This document shows, in pieces, positions 17,933 to 27,444 of a stretch of 64,000 nucleotides of DNA (position 1 is its first letter; the number at the start of each line of letters is the position of its first letter). Source of the DNA: Chloroflexi bacterium 13_1_40CM_65_17 (lineage in GTDB: Bacteria; Chloroflexota; Dormibacteria; Dormibacterales; Dormibacteraceae); contig MNES01000084.1 of NCBI GenBank assembly GCA_001917815.1, positions 12,825-76,824 of the forward strand, read 5' to 3'. The translations under genes were made by a program, and so were the position numbers. Below the pieces are notes generated by a model. That model was not told the origin of the DNA. It saw nothing but the letters and a program-made list of their open reading frames with translations, and searched no databases.

Positions 17933-18018
17933 GCGACCTTAACAACCAGGCTTGGCGCCTGCGTAGTGGGCACCGAGAATCCGCGCTGTGACCCATTAAC
18001 CAATTCAGGAGGATCGCG

Positions 18019-18186
18019 GTGAAGGAAAAAACGCCAGTCGTCAAACAGCTCTATAGGCTGAGCGTCGAGCCTCGCGTTGTGGAACAGCTGGCCAGGCTGG
18101 CCATGCGACTCCGTGAGCCGCGGAGCCGGCTGGCAAGCCGGCTTTTCACGGAGGCCGTCATGGGCGCCAAGCTACCGAGGCGCTAG
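18019..18186 (+). CDS. 55-aa ribbon-helix-helix-like protein (below the ORF-track cutoff)
   Basis: AGGAGG lies 7 nt upstream of the GTG. MKEKTPVVKQLYRLSVEPRVVEQLARLAMRLREPRSRLASRLFTEAV fits a strand-helix-helix pattern. Confidence 0.45.
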   Translation: MKEKTPVVKQLYRLSVEPRVVEQLARLAMRLREPRSRLASRLFTEAVMGAKLPRR

Positions 18187-18194
18187 TGGTTAGG

Positions 18195-18794
18195 TCAGGG
18201 GCCCCGCCAATTGATCGGTGCTACAGCCGCATCAGTTCCTGAGTATTGGTACGCGATGCCATCGCTGACACGAAAGACCTTCGACGAGTATCGGACGCTC
18301 TCGTTGTACAGCATGCCCTGGGGCAACACCACCATCGGTGAGAGCTCGGCGCCAGTGACGGGGTTGCGGATCGACTCGAGCTCGAGCTCCACTGCCGAAC
18401 CGATGCGTACGTGTGAGCGCGGGCCGTCGATATGCACTTCGAACGGCGCATAGCTCGTGTTTTTCAGACTGTATGTGTTGAGGAATACCGCGAAAGGGCC
18501 GCCCACCTCCCCCGCCCCGATTTTGCGCAGGGCCTCGCGCTGCTGCTTGTCCCCGCGCTCGTCGATCAGCAGAATTGCTTTTCCTCCGCCCTCATGGATC
18601 GCTCCCGGCCAATCGGCCATGATCGCGAAGTTGAGGCCGGCAAGGTCGACGTCGTCCAGGCGGCCCTGTTCGATATGCATGACCCAGCCGCCTTCGCAAT
18701 CGCCCCGTGTGGGTCGCGCTTGAAAGTTGCATGGGCAGCCCCATGCACAGTTGCAGGATTGCACGATGTTGCCCTTGATCCACCAGGTTGCCAT
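18195..18794 (-). CDS. DUF1326 family protein
   Basis: N-terminal W.IKGNIVQSCNCAWGCPCNF motif typical of DUF1326. Confidence 0.7.
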   Translation of the reverse strand: MATWWIKGNIVQSCNCAWGCPCNFQARPTRGDCEGGWVMHIEQGRLDDVDLAGLNFAIMADWPGAIHEGGGKAILLIDERGDKQQREALRKIGAGEVGGPFAVFLNTYSLKNTSYAPFEVHIDGPRSHVRIGSAVELELESIRNPVTGAELSPMVVLPQGMLYNESVRYSSKVFRVSDGIAYQYSGTDAAVAPINWRGP

Positions 18795-18843
18795 ATGGCC
18801 CGACCTTATCCGCCGGGTGAGTGTTAGTCAACCGCCGGCGAGC

Positions 18844-19671
18844 CTACCGGTACGTGCGGGTGAGCTTCTCCAGCTTGTCGAGCGAGGCGAGGGCTTGGTC
18901 CCGGCCATCGGGTGAGATGTAGAAGATGCAGCGGTCGACGCCGGCTCGCTGGAACTGTTCGATGTCCTCCGGGGTCGTTTTCGGATATACCGTCACCGGG
19001 ATGTCGCCTCGACCGGCGGCTCTGGCCAGCTCGCGCAGCTCGCCGATGCGGCCCAAGACCTCACCGCGATTCGGCATCCAGCCGTCGGCGTAAGCGACCA
19101 CGCGCTTCAGGATGTTGGGCCCGCTCCCGCCGAGGAGGATCGGCGGGTATGGCTTCTGGACCGGCTTCGGCCAGCACCACATCGGTCCGAAATTCACCAT
19201 GTCGCCGTGGTACTCGGACACCTCCTCAGTCCAGATCGTTTTCATGGCCTCGACCCGCTCGCGCATGAGCTTCCAGCGCTTTGAGAAGTCGGTGCCATGA
19301 TCGGCCATCTCCTCTCGGTTCCACCCGGCGCCGATGCCGAAGATGAAGCGTCCGCTAGAGATGTGGTCGAGGCTCGCGACCTGCTTGGCGGTATAGATGG
19401 GGTCTCGCTGGACGACGAGGCAGATGCCGGTCGCGACCCTGAGCTTTTTCGAGGCGAGGGCCGCCGCTGTGAGCGCAACGAAAGGGTCGAGCGCATGCCA
19501 GTAGTGCTTCGGCAGCTCTGCACCACCCGCCCAAGGGCTCTGCCTGCTGGTTGGGATGTGGGAATGCTCGGCCACCCAGAGCGATTCGAATCCCGCCTCC
19601 TCGACCAGGGGCGCGAGCTCGGTCATTGAGATGCCGTAGTCGGTGGGAAAAATTGCTGCGCCGACCTTCAT
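18844..19671 (-). CDS. LLM-class (luciferase-like) F420-dependent oxidoreductase
   Basis: 275 aa. FESLWVAEHSH...GRFIFGIGAGW pattern of the Rv2161c-like LLM family. Confidence 0.8.
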   Translation of the reverse strand: MKVGAAIFPTDYGISMTELAPLVEEAGFESLWVAEHSHIPTSRQSPWAGGAELPKHYWHALDPFVALTAAALASKKLRVATGICLVVQRDPIYTAKQVASLDHISSGRFIFGIGAGWNREEMADHGTDFSKRWKLMRERVEAMKTIWTEEVSEYHGDMVNFGPMWCWPKPVQKPYPPILLGGSGPNILKRVVAYADGWMPNRGEVLGRIGELRELARAAGRGDIPVTVYPKTTPEDIEQFQRAGVDRCIFYISPDGRDQALASLDKLEKLTRTYR

Positions 19672-19687
19672 GGGTTAATCGTGAGGC

Positions 19688-20446
19688 TTGCCGGTCTACG
19701 ATGCGATGGTGATGCGCGTCGCTGTCATCGCTGACATTCATGGCAACTTGCCCGCCCTCGAGGCGGTGCTGGCGGATATTGACCTCGAGGCTCCCGACCT
19801 CGTCGTCTCGTGCGGCGACGTCGCTTCAGGGCCACTGCCTGTCCAGACTCTGGACGTGCTGCGTGCGCTGCCTCACGCTCGGTTCGTGCGCGGCAACGCC
19901 GACCGCTCGCTGGTCACAGCTTTCGACGGCGGCCAACTTTCCGACATGCCGGGACCGGCTGCAGAATGGTGCGCGGCGCAGCTCAGTCGCGAACATCGGG
20001 ATTTCCTGGCGTCGTTCTCGTCAGAGTTTCCGGTTGTGATCGACGGGCTAGGCCGCGTGCTCTTCTGCCACGGATCCCCGCGCAGCGACGTGGAGATGAT
20101 GACGTCGAAGACGGCTGATGAACGTCTCAGGGAGCTCACTGCAGGTGTGGACGCCCGCGCGATCGTTTGCGGGCATACACACATGCCGTTCGACCGCACG
20201 CTGGGACGCGTGCGGGTGCTCAACCCGGGAAGCGTCGGCATGCCGTACGGCCATCCCGGAGCCTACTGGGCTCTGCTCGGGCCTGAGGTCGAATTCCGGC
20301 GCACGGACTATGACAGGGAGGCGGCTGCTGCTCGGATTCGCCAAAGCGCCTGGCCGGGAGCTGAAGACTTCGCGCGGGAGAACGTACTTTTTGTGCCCAG
20401 CGAAGAGGATGCTTTCGCGTTCTTTGGCGCGCACGGCGGGCCCTAG
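19688..20446 (+). CDS. metallophosphoesterase (YfcE/MJ0936-like)
   Basis: Motifs DIHGN, GD, GNAD, H and GHTH. The true start is probably an ATG at 19706 or 19712. Confidence 0.8.
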   Translation: MPVYDAMVMRVAVIADIHGNLPALEAVLADIDLEAPDLVVSCGDVASGPLPVQTLDVLRALPHARFVRGNADRSLVTAFDGGQLSDMPGPAAEWCAAQLSREHRDFLASFSSEFPVVIDGLGRVLFCHGSPRSDVEMMTSKTADERLRELTAGVDARAIVCGHTHMPFDRTLGRVRVLNPGSVGMPYGHPGAYWALLGPEVEFRRTDYDREAAAARIRQSAWPGAEDFARENVLFVPSEEDAFAFFGAHGGP

Positions 20447-21216
20447 TCGGTCAGCTTTTGTTTCAGCCTCGTGATCGTGGCTGTGGTAACGCCTGCCGCC
20501 TCGAGGTATGCGTCGACCCCGCCCCACCTACGTTCGACATGGTCCAGCGTGCTGAGCACCCATTCGGGTGGGCAGCGAAGCTCGCTGCGCATCGTCGCCA
20601 CTTGCTCTGGCGCGGCCTTCGCCAGCCACTCTTCATAACGGCCCGCCAGCTGGAGGTCGGTCTCGGCGTAGTCATCACCGATCGCCTGGGGTTCGACGCC
20701 CGCCAGCGACAGCATCATCGCGGCGACCAGGCCTGTGCGGTCCTTGCCGGCGAAACAGTGGAACAAGACCGGCCCGTCCGCCGAGGCGATGCCGTTGAAG
20801 ATCGCGCCGAACGCCGCCTGTCGCCGCTCGACCATCAACACATAGCGCCCTGGCATGGTGGCCGCTTCTTCGAGCAAAGGCGACGTCGCGTCGTCGATCA
20901 AAGGCAGGTGCACATATGCCAGGGGGTTTCCATCCCGCTCACCGGGCGGCGAGGAAGCGGGAGAGCTGCTCTGGAAGCGCGAGAACGCGGGGCCGGGAGA
21001 CCCGTTGACCTCCGACTCGCTGCGCAGGTCGATCACGGTGGTGATGCCGTAGTCGATCATCGCCTGCCGCCCGTCGGGGGTCAGGCTCGCGACATTGTCG
21101 GACCGAACGATGACGCCAGTCCGAGTAAGTCCATTACGTGCAGGCAGTCCGCCAAGGTCGCGGGTGTTCCGGCAGTCGGGCCATTGAAGGCGTCTCGATG
21201 TCGCCGTTGGCGCTAC
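20443..21216 (-). CDS. protein-tyrosine phosphatase (Y_phosphatase3-like, CX5R)
   Basis: Active site [10 protein letters not shown]. The family N-terminus [24 protein letters not shown] lies upstream of the track ATG (21060) with no canonical start back to the rpsI stop. The 5' end is therefore provisional. Confidence 0.6.
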   Translation of the reverse strand, partial: VAPTATSRRLQWPDCRNTRDLGGLPARNGLTRTGVIVRSDNVASLTPDGRQAMIDYGITTVIDLRSESEVNGSPGPAFSRFQSSSPASSPPGERDGNPLAYVHLPLIDDATSPLLEEAATMPGRYVLMVERRQAAFGAIFNGIASADGPVLFHCFAGKDRTGLVAAMMLSLAGVEPQAIGDDYAETDLQLAGRYEEWLAKAAPEQVATMRSELRCPPEWVLSTLDHVERRWGGVDAYLEAAGVTTATITRLKQKLTD

Positions 21217-21605
21217 CGCTTCGTGTATTGGGGTGCCTTCCGCGCCCGCTTCAGTCCGTATTTCTTGCGCTCCTTCATCCTCGCGTCTCGCGTCAGAAGG
21301 CCGGCCTTCTTCAAGGCGGGACGGAAATCTGGGTCGTAGTTGCAGAGCGCTCGGGCGATACCGTGGGCGATCGCGCCAGCCTGTCCGCTGTTGCCGCCTC
21401 CGACGACCTTCACACTGATGTCGAACTTGCGCTGAGTGCTGGTCACCCGAAGCGGCGCCAGGGCAGCCATCTCCAGGACGCGCCTGCCCAGGTAAGCAAG
21501 CGGATCCTTCTCATTGACCGTGATCCGGCCTTCGCCCGGCTGGAGACGCACCCGCGCGATCGCGTTCTTGCGCCGACCGGTGCCTCGGTTGAATGTGTCA
21601 GCCAA
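21213..21605 (-). CDS. rpsI: 30S ribosomal protein S9
   Basis: [12 protein letters not shown]...KAPQYTKR. The TTG at 21605 overlaps the rplM end. Confidence 0.93.
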   Translation of the reverse strand: MADTFNRGTGRRKNAIARVRLQPGEGRITVNEKDPLAYLGRRVLEMAALAPLRVTSTQRKFDISVKVVGGGNSGQAGAIAHGIARALCNYDPDFRPALKKAGLLTRDARMKERKKYGLKRARKAPQYTKR

Positions 21606-22062
21606 TCTTGATGTCCCCTCTCGAATCGAACGTGACCACCTTCGGTTTCTGCGCGGCATGCCCATGCTCGGCTCCCGAGTAAACACGAAGTCGCTTCAGC
21701 ATGTCGGCGCCCAACGTGTTCCGCTGCAGCATCCCGCGCACTGCGTTGGTGATCGGGAATGTCGGGTCAAGCTCCTGGGCGCGCCCCAACGAGCGCTTGC
21801 GCAGACCGCCCGGGTACCCGGTGTAGCGTGTGTACTCCTTGCCGGTGAGCTTGGCGCCGCTGACCTTGATCTTGGCGGCGTTGATCACCACCACGTGGTC
21901 GCCGGTGTTCAGGTGCGGCGTGAACGTCGGCTTGTGCTTGCCGCGCAGGATTCTGGCCACGCTGCTCGCAAGGCGGCCCAAAACCTGGTCCGTGGCATCG
22001 ACCACAAACCAATCACCCTTCAGGTCCGCGGCTTTCGCGGTCCAGGTCTTCTGTTTACTCAC
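21598..22062 (-). CDS. rplM: 50S ribosomal protein L13
   Basis: [31 protein letters not shown] at 22062, 8 nt after the truA stop. Confidence 0.93.
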   Translation of the reverse strand: MSKQKTWTAKAADLKGDWFVVDATDQVLGRLASSVARILRGKHKPTFTPHLNTGDHVVVINAAKIKVSGAKLTGKEYTRYTGYPGGLRKRSLGRAQELDPTFPITNAVRGMLQRNTLGADMLKRLRVYSGAEHGHAAQKPKVVTFDSRGDIKIG

Positions 22063-22070
22063 AAGGTCAC

Positions 22071-22802
22071 CTAGTAAATCACTTCCATCAATGTCAAGCC
22101 CCCGGCCGGGGCCGTTTTTGCCGCCAACCGCCGATCTCGGGCTCTCAGCACCTCGCCGACCCATTCGTGTCGCCGGTGCCCTTTGCCCACCTCCGCCAGC
22201 GCGCCCGCGATGCTGCGCGCGAGGCCTCGCAGAAAGCCTTCGGCCACCAGGTCCAGCTCGACGAAGTCGCCTCGCCGCACCACGTTCGCCGACCGCATCT
22301 CCCGCACCCTGGCGTCGGGAGGCTCCGAGGCCGAGCAGAAGCTGGTCCAGTCGTGCCGGCCGGCGAGCGGCTGCGCCGCCTTCGACATCGCGTCCACGTC
22401 GAGTCGAGCGTTCACGTGCCAGCAGCGACCCCTTTCGATAGCCGGTCTGGCGGGGCGATCCAGGTAGCGGTAGCGGTACCGCCGCCAGCGCGCCGAATAC
22501 CGGGCGTGAAAGTCATCCGGCACCACCTCTGCGCTCAGCGCGGCCACATCCTCCGGCAATCGGGCGTTTAGCGCCGCCACCAGTCGCGCCGGTGTGATGC
22601 GTCCCTCGAACCGGAAGTTCACGACCTGGCCCTCGGCGTGTGCGCCGGCGTCTGTGCGGCCGGCCGCGTAGACCGTGTGTTCCTTGCTGGTCAGCTCACG
22701 CAGCGCCCGTTTGAGCTCCGCCTCCACGGTGCGCCCGCGCGCCTGCTGCTGCCAGCCCGCAAACCCGCTCCCGTCGTACTCGAGCACGACCTTGATATTC
22801 AC
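22071..22802 (-). CDS. truA: tRNA pseudouridine(38-40) synthase
   Basis: LEYDGSGFAGWQ and AAGRTDAGAHA motifs. Confidence 0.9.
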   Translation of the reverse strand: MNIKVVLEYDGSGFAGWQQQARGRTVEAELKRALRELTSKEHTVYAAGRTDAGAHAEGQVVNFRFEGRITPARLVAALNARLPEDVAALSAEVVPDDFHARYSARWRRYRYRYLDRPARPAIERGRCWHVNARLDVDAMSKAAQPLAGRHDWTSFCSASEPPDARVREMRSANVVRRGDFVELDLVAEGFLRGLARSIAGALAEVGKGHRRHEWVGEVLRARDRRLAAKTAPAGGLTLMEVIY

Positions 22803-22823
22803 TTTTGAACCGAATGACTCTCG

Positions 22824-23177
22824 TCAGTCGACGAGTTCGATGATCACCATCGGCGCCGCGTCACCTAGGCGCGGGCCCTTGTGGACGATTCGCGTGTAGC
22901 CACCCGGCCGCTCCGAAAGGCGCGGCAGCAGGTTGGAGAACAGGCGCTCGACGACCTCGGGCTTCGAGATCTCCTCGCTCACCCGGCGTCGCGCGCTGAG
23001 ATCCTGGTCTCGGGCGGTCGTGATCAGCCGCTCGACCCATCGGCGCAGCTCTTTCGCGCGCGCCTCTGTAGTCGTGATGCGCCCGCTCTCGAGTAGCGAC
23101 GTGCACAGGTTGCGCATCAGCGCCTTGCGTGCGTCTGTGTCTCTGTTGAATCGGCGGCCGCTCTTTTGGTGTCGCAA
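22824..23177 (-). CDS. rplQ: 50S ribosomal protein L17
   Basis: MRHQKSGRRFNRDTDARKALMRNL... Confidence 0.95.
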   Translation of the reverse strand: MRHQKSGRRFNRDTDARKALMRNLCTSLLESGRITTTEARAKELRRWVERLITTARDQDLSARRRVSEEISKPEVVERLFSNLLPRLSERPGGYTRIVHKGPRLGDAAPMVIIELVD

Positions 23178-23185
23178 TTACAGGC

Positions 23186-24145
23186 TCAGCCCCGGAGGAC
23201 GCTGCCCATCTCCTCGGGCTTGATGAAGCCCTTCTCGACCAGCTTCTCCTTTATCTCGTCCAGCGACTTGCGTCCGAAGTTGCGCAGCGCCAGCAGCTCC
23301 TCCTCGCGCTTCTGCAAGAGCTGGCCAACCGTCTGGATCTCGTTTGCCTTCAGGCAGTTGAAAGCGCGAACCGAGAGATCGAGCTCTTCGATCGGCGTGT
23401 CCATCAGCCGGCTTTGCTCGCTCTTCTCCGGCGCTCCCGGACGTGAGATGGAGTCGGGGAAGTTCACGAACAGCTGCAGGTGCTTCGTGAACAGCGATGC
23501 CGCGTGGCTCACTGCCTCTTCCGGCGACATCGTGCCGTCGGTCCAGACCTCGATGAGCAGGCGGTCGAAGTCGGTCGACTGCCCGACACGGGTTTTCTCG
23601 ACCGTGAAGTTGGCCTTCTCGACCGGCGAGAAGATGGCGTCGATCGGTATGACCCCGATCGGCTGGCCCTCGCGCTTGTTTCGCTCCGCCGGCACGTAGC
23701 CCTTACCCCGCTCGACGTTCAGCTCCATGCGCAGGTGGCCTTTGGCCGCCAGCGTGCAGAGGTACAGGTCGGGGTTGACGATCTCCACGTCGGAAGAGGC
23801 CTGGATGTGCGACGCACGCACCTCGGCCGGCCCCTTGACGTCGAGGAGCAGGGTCACGGGGTCCTCGGTGAAGCTCTTCAGGCAGAGCTTCTTGAGATTG
23901 AGGATGACCTCGGTCACGTCCTCCTTCACGTGCGGGATGGCCGTGAACTCGTGGGCGACGCCGTCGATCTGGATCGACGTCACGGCCGCTCCCCACAGCG
24001 AGGAGAGCAGCACGCGCCGAAGCGTGTTGCCGAGCGTCGTCCCGAAGCCCGGGTCGAGCGGCTCGATATCGAACTTGCCGTAGTTCGCGCTCGTCTCGAG
24101 CTTGCGAACCTGCGGGGTGACTGTCAGCTGCGTGTCAATCGACAA
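23186..24145 (-). CDS. rpoA: DNA-directed RNA polymerase subunit alpha
   Basis: 319 aa. NTD GNTLRRVLLSS and CTD SVRAFNCLK..I.TVGQL. Confidence 0.97.
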   Translation of the reverse strand: MSIDTQLTVTPQVRKLETSANYGKFDIEPLDPGFGTTLGNTLRRVLLSSLWGAAVTSIQIDGVAHEFTAIPHVKEDVTEVILNLKKLCLKSFTEDPVTLLLDVKGPAEVRASHIQASSDVEIVNPDLYLCTLAAKGHLRMELNVERGKGYVPAERNKREGQPIGVIPIDAIFSPVEKANFTVEKTRVGQSTDFDRLLIEVWTDGTMSPEEAVSHAASLFTKHLQLFVNFPDSISRPGAPEKSEQSRLMDTPIEELDLSVRAFNCLKANEIQTVGQLLQKREEELLALRNFGRKSLDEIKEKLVEKGFIKPEEMGSVLRG

Positions 24146-24168
24146 TTTGGGTCCCTACCTCCGTTCCT

Positions 24169-24789
24169 TTACCGTGAATAGAACTCGACGATCAGCTGCT
24201 CTTCGACGCCCGACTCCATCTCGTTGCGGTCGGGTCGCGCGAGCACCTTGGCGGTCTTCTCGTCGCCATTGAATGAAAGCCATGACGGCACCGGCCGTAC
24301 CTTCGACGCCTCGAGGGCCACATCGATGACCCCGTTGGCCGGCTTGACCTTGACCTCGTCGCCCGGCTTGAGCTGGTACGACGGCACGTTCACCGTCTTC
24401 CCATTGACCTCGAAGTGCCGGTGCGTCACGAGCTGGCGTGCCTGCTTGCGCGAAGCGCCCAGGCCAAGCCGATAAATGATGTTGTCCAGGCGCAGCTCGA
24501 GATGCCGCAGCAGGTTGATGCCGGTGACGCCCGGCTCGCGCTCGGCCAGCTCGAAGTAGTTCCGGAACTGCTTCTCGAGCAGTCCGTAGGTCCGGCGCGC
24601 CTTCTGCTTGGCGCGGAGCTGCAGGCCGTAGTCCGATGTCTTGCGCTTGCGCGCCTGGCCGTGCATGCCAGGTGCGAACGCGCGGCGCTCGATGGCGCAC
24701 TTCGGCGTGTAGCAGCGCTCGCCCTTCAAATAGAGCTTGGCGCCCTCGCGGCGGCAGAAGCGGCAGACCGGGCCGCTGTAGTTCGCCAT
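24169..24789 (-). CDS. rpsD: 30S ribosomal protein S4 (Cys-containing form)
   Basis: MANYSGPVCRFCRREG...CYTPKC followed by an S4 domain. Confidence 0.95.
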   Translation of the reverse strand: MANYSGPVCRFCRREGAKLYLKGERCYTPKCAIERRAFAPGMHGQARKRKTSDYGLQLRAKQKARRTYGLLEKQFRNYFELAEREPGVTGINLLRHLELRLDNIIYRLGLGASRKQARQLVTHRHFEVNGKTVNVPSYQLKPGDEVKVKPANGVIDVALEASKVRPVPSWLSFNGDEKTAKVLARPDRNEMESGVEEQLIVEFYSR

Positions 24790-24792
24790 CGC

Positions 24793-25188
24793 TTAGACCC
24801 TCCGCCGCTTCGGCGGACGGCAGCCGTTGTGCGGGATCGGTGTCACATCCGTGATCGCGCTGACCTCGAGGCCGGTGGCTTGCAGCGATCGTATGGCCGC
24901 TTCGCGGCCGGCACCCGGCCCGCGCACGAACACCTCGATCGAGCGCATGCCGTGCTCCAGTGCCTTCTTGGCGGTCGCCTCGGCGGTCACCTGCGCGGCG
25001 AACGGCGTCGACTTGCGGCTGCCCTTGAAGCCCTGCGCCCCGGCAGAGCCCCACGAGATGACGTTCCCGTCGATGTCGGTGATGCTGATGATCGTGTTGT
25101 TGAAAGTGCTCTGGACGTGCGCCTGCCCGGCAACCACGTTCTTGCGTTCGCGGCGGCGGGTGCGGACGACCTTTTTTGTTTTTCCCAT
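24793..25188 (-). CDS. rpsK: 30S ribosomal protein S11
   Basis: [16 protein letters not shown]...[13 protein letters not shown]. Confidence 0.95.
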   Translation of the reverse strand: MGKTKKVVRTRRRERKNVVAGQAHVQSTFNNTIISITDIDGNVISWGSAGAQGFKGSRKSTPFAAQVTAEATAKKALEHGMRSIEVFVRGPGAGREAAIRSLQATGLEVSAITDVTPIPHNGCRPPKRRRV

Positions 25189-25210
25189 CAGAAGCTTCGC
25201 CTAGGGACCA

Positions 25211-25609
25211 TCACTTGCCCGCTTTCACCTTCTTCTTGCCCGCGACCGCGCGCTTGGGTCCGCGGCGGCTCCGCGCGTTGGTGCGCGTACGCTGCCCACG
25301 GACGGGAAGACCGCGCCGGTGCCGCATCCCGCGATAGGTGCCGATCTCGGTCAGGCGCTTGATGTTGGTCGCCACGTCGCGGCGGAGGTCACCCTCGATG
25401 AGGATTTCCTTGGACGAGGCCATGCGGTCGATGACCTGGCGCAGCCGCGCCACCTCTTCCTCGCTCAGGTCCTTGACCCGCACGTCCGGGTTGAGGTTGG
25501 CCGCCTTCACGATCTTCTCAGCCGTCGTGCGACCGACTCCCGTGATGTACACGAGCGAGATGACCACGCGCTTCTGCGGGGGTATGTCGACGCCGGCGAT
25601 TCTCGCCAT
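25211..25609 (-). CDS. rpsM: 30S ribosomal protein S13
   Basis: [26 protein letters not shown]... Confidence 0.95.
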   Translation of the reverse strand: MARIAGVDIPPQKRVVISLVYITGVGRTTAEKIVKAANLNPDVRVKDLSEEEVARLRQVIDRMASSKEILIEGDLRRDVATNIKRLTEIGTYRGMRHRRGLPVRGQRTRTNARSRRGPKRAVAGKKKVKAGK

Positions 25610-25617
25610 TTAGTCGC

Positions 25618-25734
25618 TCACCCCTGCCGCTGCTTGTGCTTCGGGGTCTTCGAGCAGATCACTCGCACCACCCCGTTCCGCTTGATCACCTTGCAGCTCG
25701 GGCACATCTTCTTGACCGACGGCCGTACCTTCAT
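25618..25734 (-). CDS. rpmJ: 50S ribosomal protein L36 (Cys form, below the track cutoff)
   Basis: Hand translation: [42 protein letters not shown] overlap with the infA stop. Confidence 0.9.
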   Translation of the reverse strand: MKVRPSVKKMCPSCKVIKRNGVVRVICSKTPKHKQRQG

Positions 25735-25964
25735 CTCCAAATCTCTCGAATCCGCCCTCGCGACCGATCGTGGCTCGCAAGCTCGACCCCAACCTTGTCC
25801 CCGGCCAGAAGCCGGGTGAAGTGGGTGCCGGCGCGATCGGCCACGTGAGCGAGGATCTTGGCCCCGTTCTCGAGCTCAACCCGGTAGACGCCGTTGGGAA
25901 GAGGCTCCACCACGACCCCCTTCACGAGTGGGGGGCGTTGGGGCACGAACCGTGATTGTACCAA
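25731..25964 (-). CDS. infA: translation initiation factor IF-1
   Basis: [25 protein letters not shown]...GDKVGVEL S1-like fold. Start uncertain: TTG at 25964 or an internal GTG. Confidence 0.85.
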   Translation of the reverse strand: MVQSRFVPQRPPLVKGVVVEPLPNGVYRVELENGAKILAHVADRAGTHFTRLLAGDKVGVELASHDRSRGRIREIWR

Positions 25965-25989
25965 ACTCGGGCCACCCCGCCGGGGACGC

Positions 25990-26781
25990 TCAGCGGGCGG
26001 CGCCGTTGGCCCTGCCGTTGGAGCCGTTCGGGGACCTCAGTGCTGTGAGAATCAAAGGCCCTTTGTCCGTGATCGCCACCGTGTGCTCGAAGTAAGCCGA
26101 AAGTCCGCCGTCGACAGTACAGATCGTCCAGCCGTCCGGCTTCATGTAAACCTCGTGCGAGCCGGCGTTGACCATCGGCTCGATGGCCAGGGTCATCCCC
26201 GGCTTGAGGCGGGGCGGCGTGCCCGGGCTGCCGAAGTTGGGCACCTGGGGGTCTTCGTGCATCTGGCGTCCGATCCCGTGGCCGACGAACTGGCGGATCA
26301 CCGAGAAGCCCGCCTTCTCGACGTGCCTCTGGATCGCCGAGGAGATGTCCCCGAGGTACCCACCCGGCTGCGCCTTGTCGATGCCCACGTAGAGCGCCTC
26401 TTCGGTGACCTTGATCAGCCGGTCGGCCTCTTTGCTGATCTTGCCCACGCCCACCGTGATCCCGACGTCGGCCCAGAAACCCTCGAGCACCAGACCCAGG
26501 TCCAGGCTCACGACGTCGCCCGCTGCGACTTTGCGATTGCCCGGGATCCCGTGCACCGCCTCGTCATTGATGGACACGCAGATCGACTTGGGGAACCCGT
26601 GATAGCCCAGGAAGCCGGGGGTTGCGCCGCCGGCCCTGATGAGCTTGTCTGCGATCCGATCCAGCTCGTCAGTGCGAACGCCCGGCTTGCAGGCCTCCTT
26701 CAGGGGAGGCAGCACCGACGCGAGCAGCCCACCCGCACGGGCCATGAGGTCGATCTCGTGTGCGGTCTTCAGGTTGATCAT
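25990..26781 (-). CDS. map: type I methionyl aminopeptidase
   Basis: 263 aa with HGIPG, DVGI.VGG, GHGIG and FEHTV metal-ligand motifs. Confidence 0.93.
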   Translation of the reverse strand: MINLKTAHEIDLMARAGGLLASVLPPLKEACKPGVRTDELDRIADKLIRAGGATPGFLGYHGFPKSICVSINDEAVHGIPGNRKVAAGDVVSLDLGLVLEGFWADVGITVGVGKISKEADRLIKVTEEALYVGIDKAQPGGYLGDISSAIQRHVEKAGFSVIRQFVGHGIGRQMHEDPQVPNFGSPGTPPRLKPGMTLAIEPMVNAGSHEVYMKPDGWTICTVDGGLSAYFEHTVAITDKGPLILTALRSPNGSNGRANGAAR

Positions 26782-27437
26782 GGCAAAAAACTCATTGAAT
26801 TAAAGCGACCATTCTCGCCGATCGCGTTAAGAACGCGTCCGGTTATCTCATCGATTGTCCCCCGTCCGTCGATCTCGGAAACAATGCCTGTGCCCCGGTA
26901 GTGCTCGAGGACGGGAACGGTCTTGGACAGATAGATCTCGATTCGGGGCTTCACGGCCTCGACGTTGTCGTCTTCGCGCTGGACGAGCGCGGTGCCGTCG
27001 GCCGCGCAAGCAGTCGTTCCAGGCGGATACGTTCGCTGGCAGGCCGGGCAGACCAGCCTCCCCGACAGCCGCTCGAGCAGCTCGGCCATCTCGACCTTGA
27101 GGTAGAGCACGCGGTCGAGGCTTCGCCCTAGCTCGCCCATCAGGACGTCGAGCGCCTCCGCCTGAGGAACCGTTCGCGGGAACCCGTCGATGATGAACCC
27201 GCCTCCGGCATCGGGCTTGTGGAGCCGGTTCCGGATCATGCCGATCATGATGTCGTCGGGGACGTACTGGCCTTTGGCCAGGATCGGTTGGGCCTGACGG
27301 CCGAGGGGCGTGCCCGCCTGGATCTCCGCGCGCAGCATGTCGCCGGTGGCTATGTGCGGGATCCCGAAGCGCGAGCGAAGCATGTTCGCCTGCGTGCCCT
27401 TGCCGCTGCCGGGCGCGCCATACAGAAGCAGGTTCAC
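26778..27437 (-). CDS. adk: adenylate kinase
   Basis: GAPGSGKGTQ P-loop and a Cys-containing LID (CPACQRTY). GTG start 7 nt after GGGGAGG. Confidence 0.95.
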   Translation of the reverse strand: MNLLLYGAPGSGKGTQANMLRSRFGIPHIATGDMLRAEIQAGTPLGRQAQPILAKGQYVPDDIMIGMIRNRLHKPDAGGGFIIDGFPRTVPQAEALDVLMGELGRSLDRVLYLKVEMAELLERLSGRLVCPACQRTYPPGTTACAADGTALVQREDDNVEAVKPRIEIYLSKTVPVLEHYRGTGIVSEIDGRGTIDEITGRVLNAIGENGRFNSMSFLP

Positions 27438-27444
27438 GGTTGGG

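Noticed and set aside
20443-20446. Convergent genes sharing a palindromic CTAG so that both stop codons overlap. A similar case occurs at 43872-43875.
   Set aside because: This is a trivial consequence of tight convergent packing, and no functional inference is warranted.
25905-25990. Two further fragments resembling the composite repeat at the map-infA junction: TCCCCG-GC-GGGGTGGCCCGAG after the map stop, and CCCCCCAC-TC-GTGAAGGGGG in the infA 5' region
   Set aside because: The arms are short and imperfect, and the three-module architecture is not intact. I did not count them as copies, and they need a model-based score.
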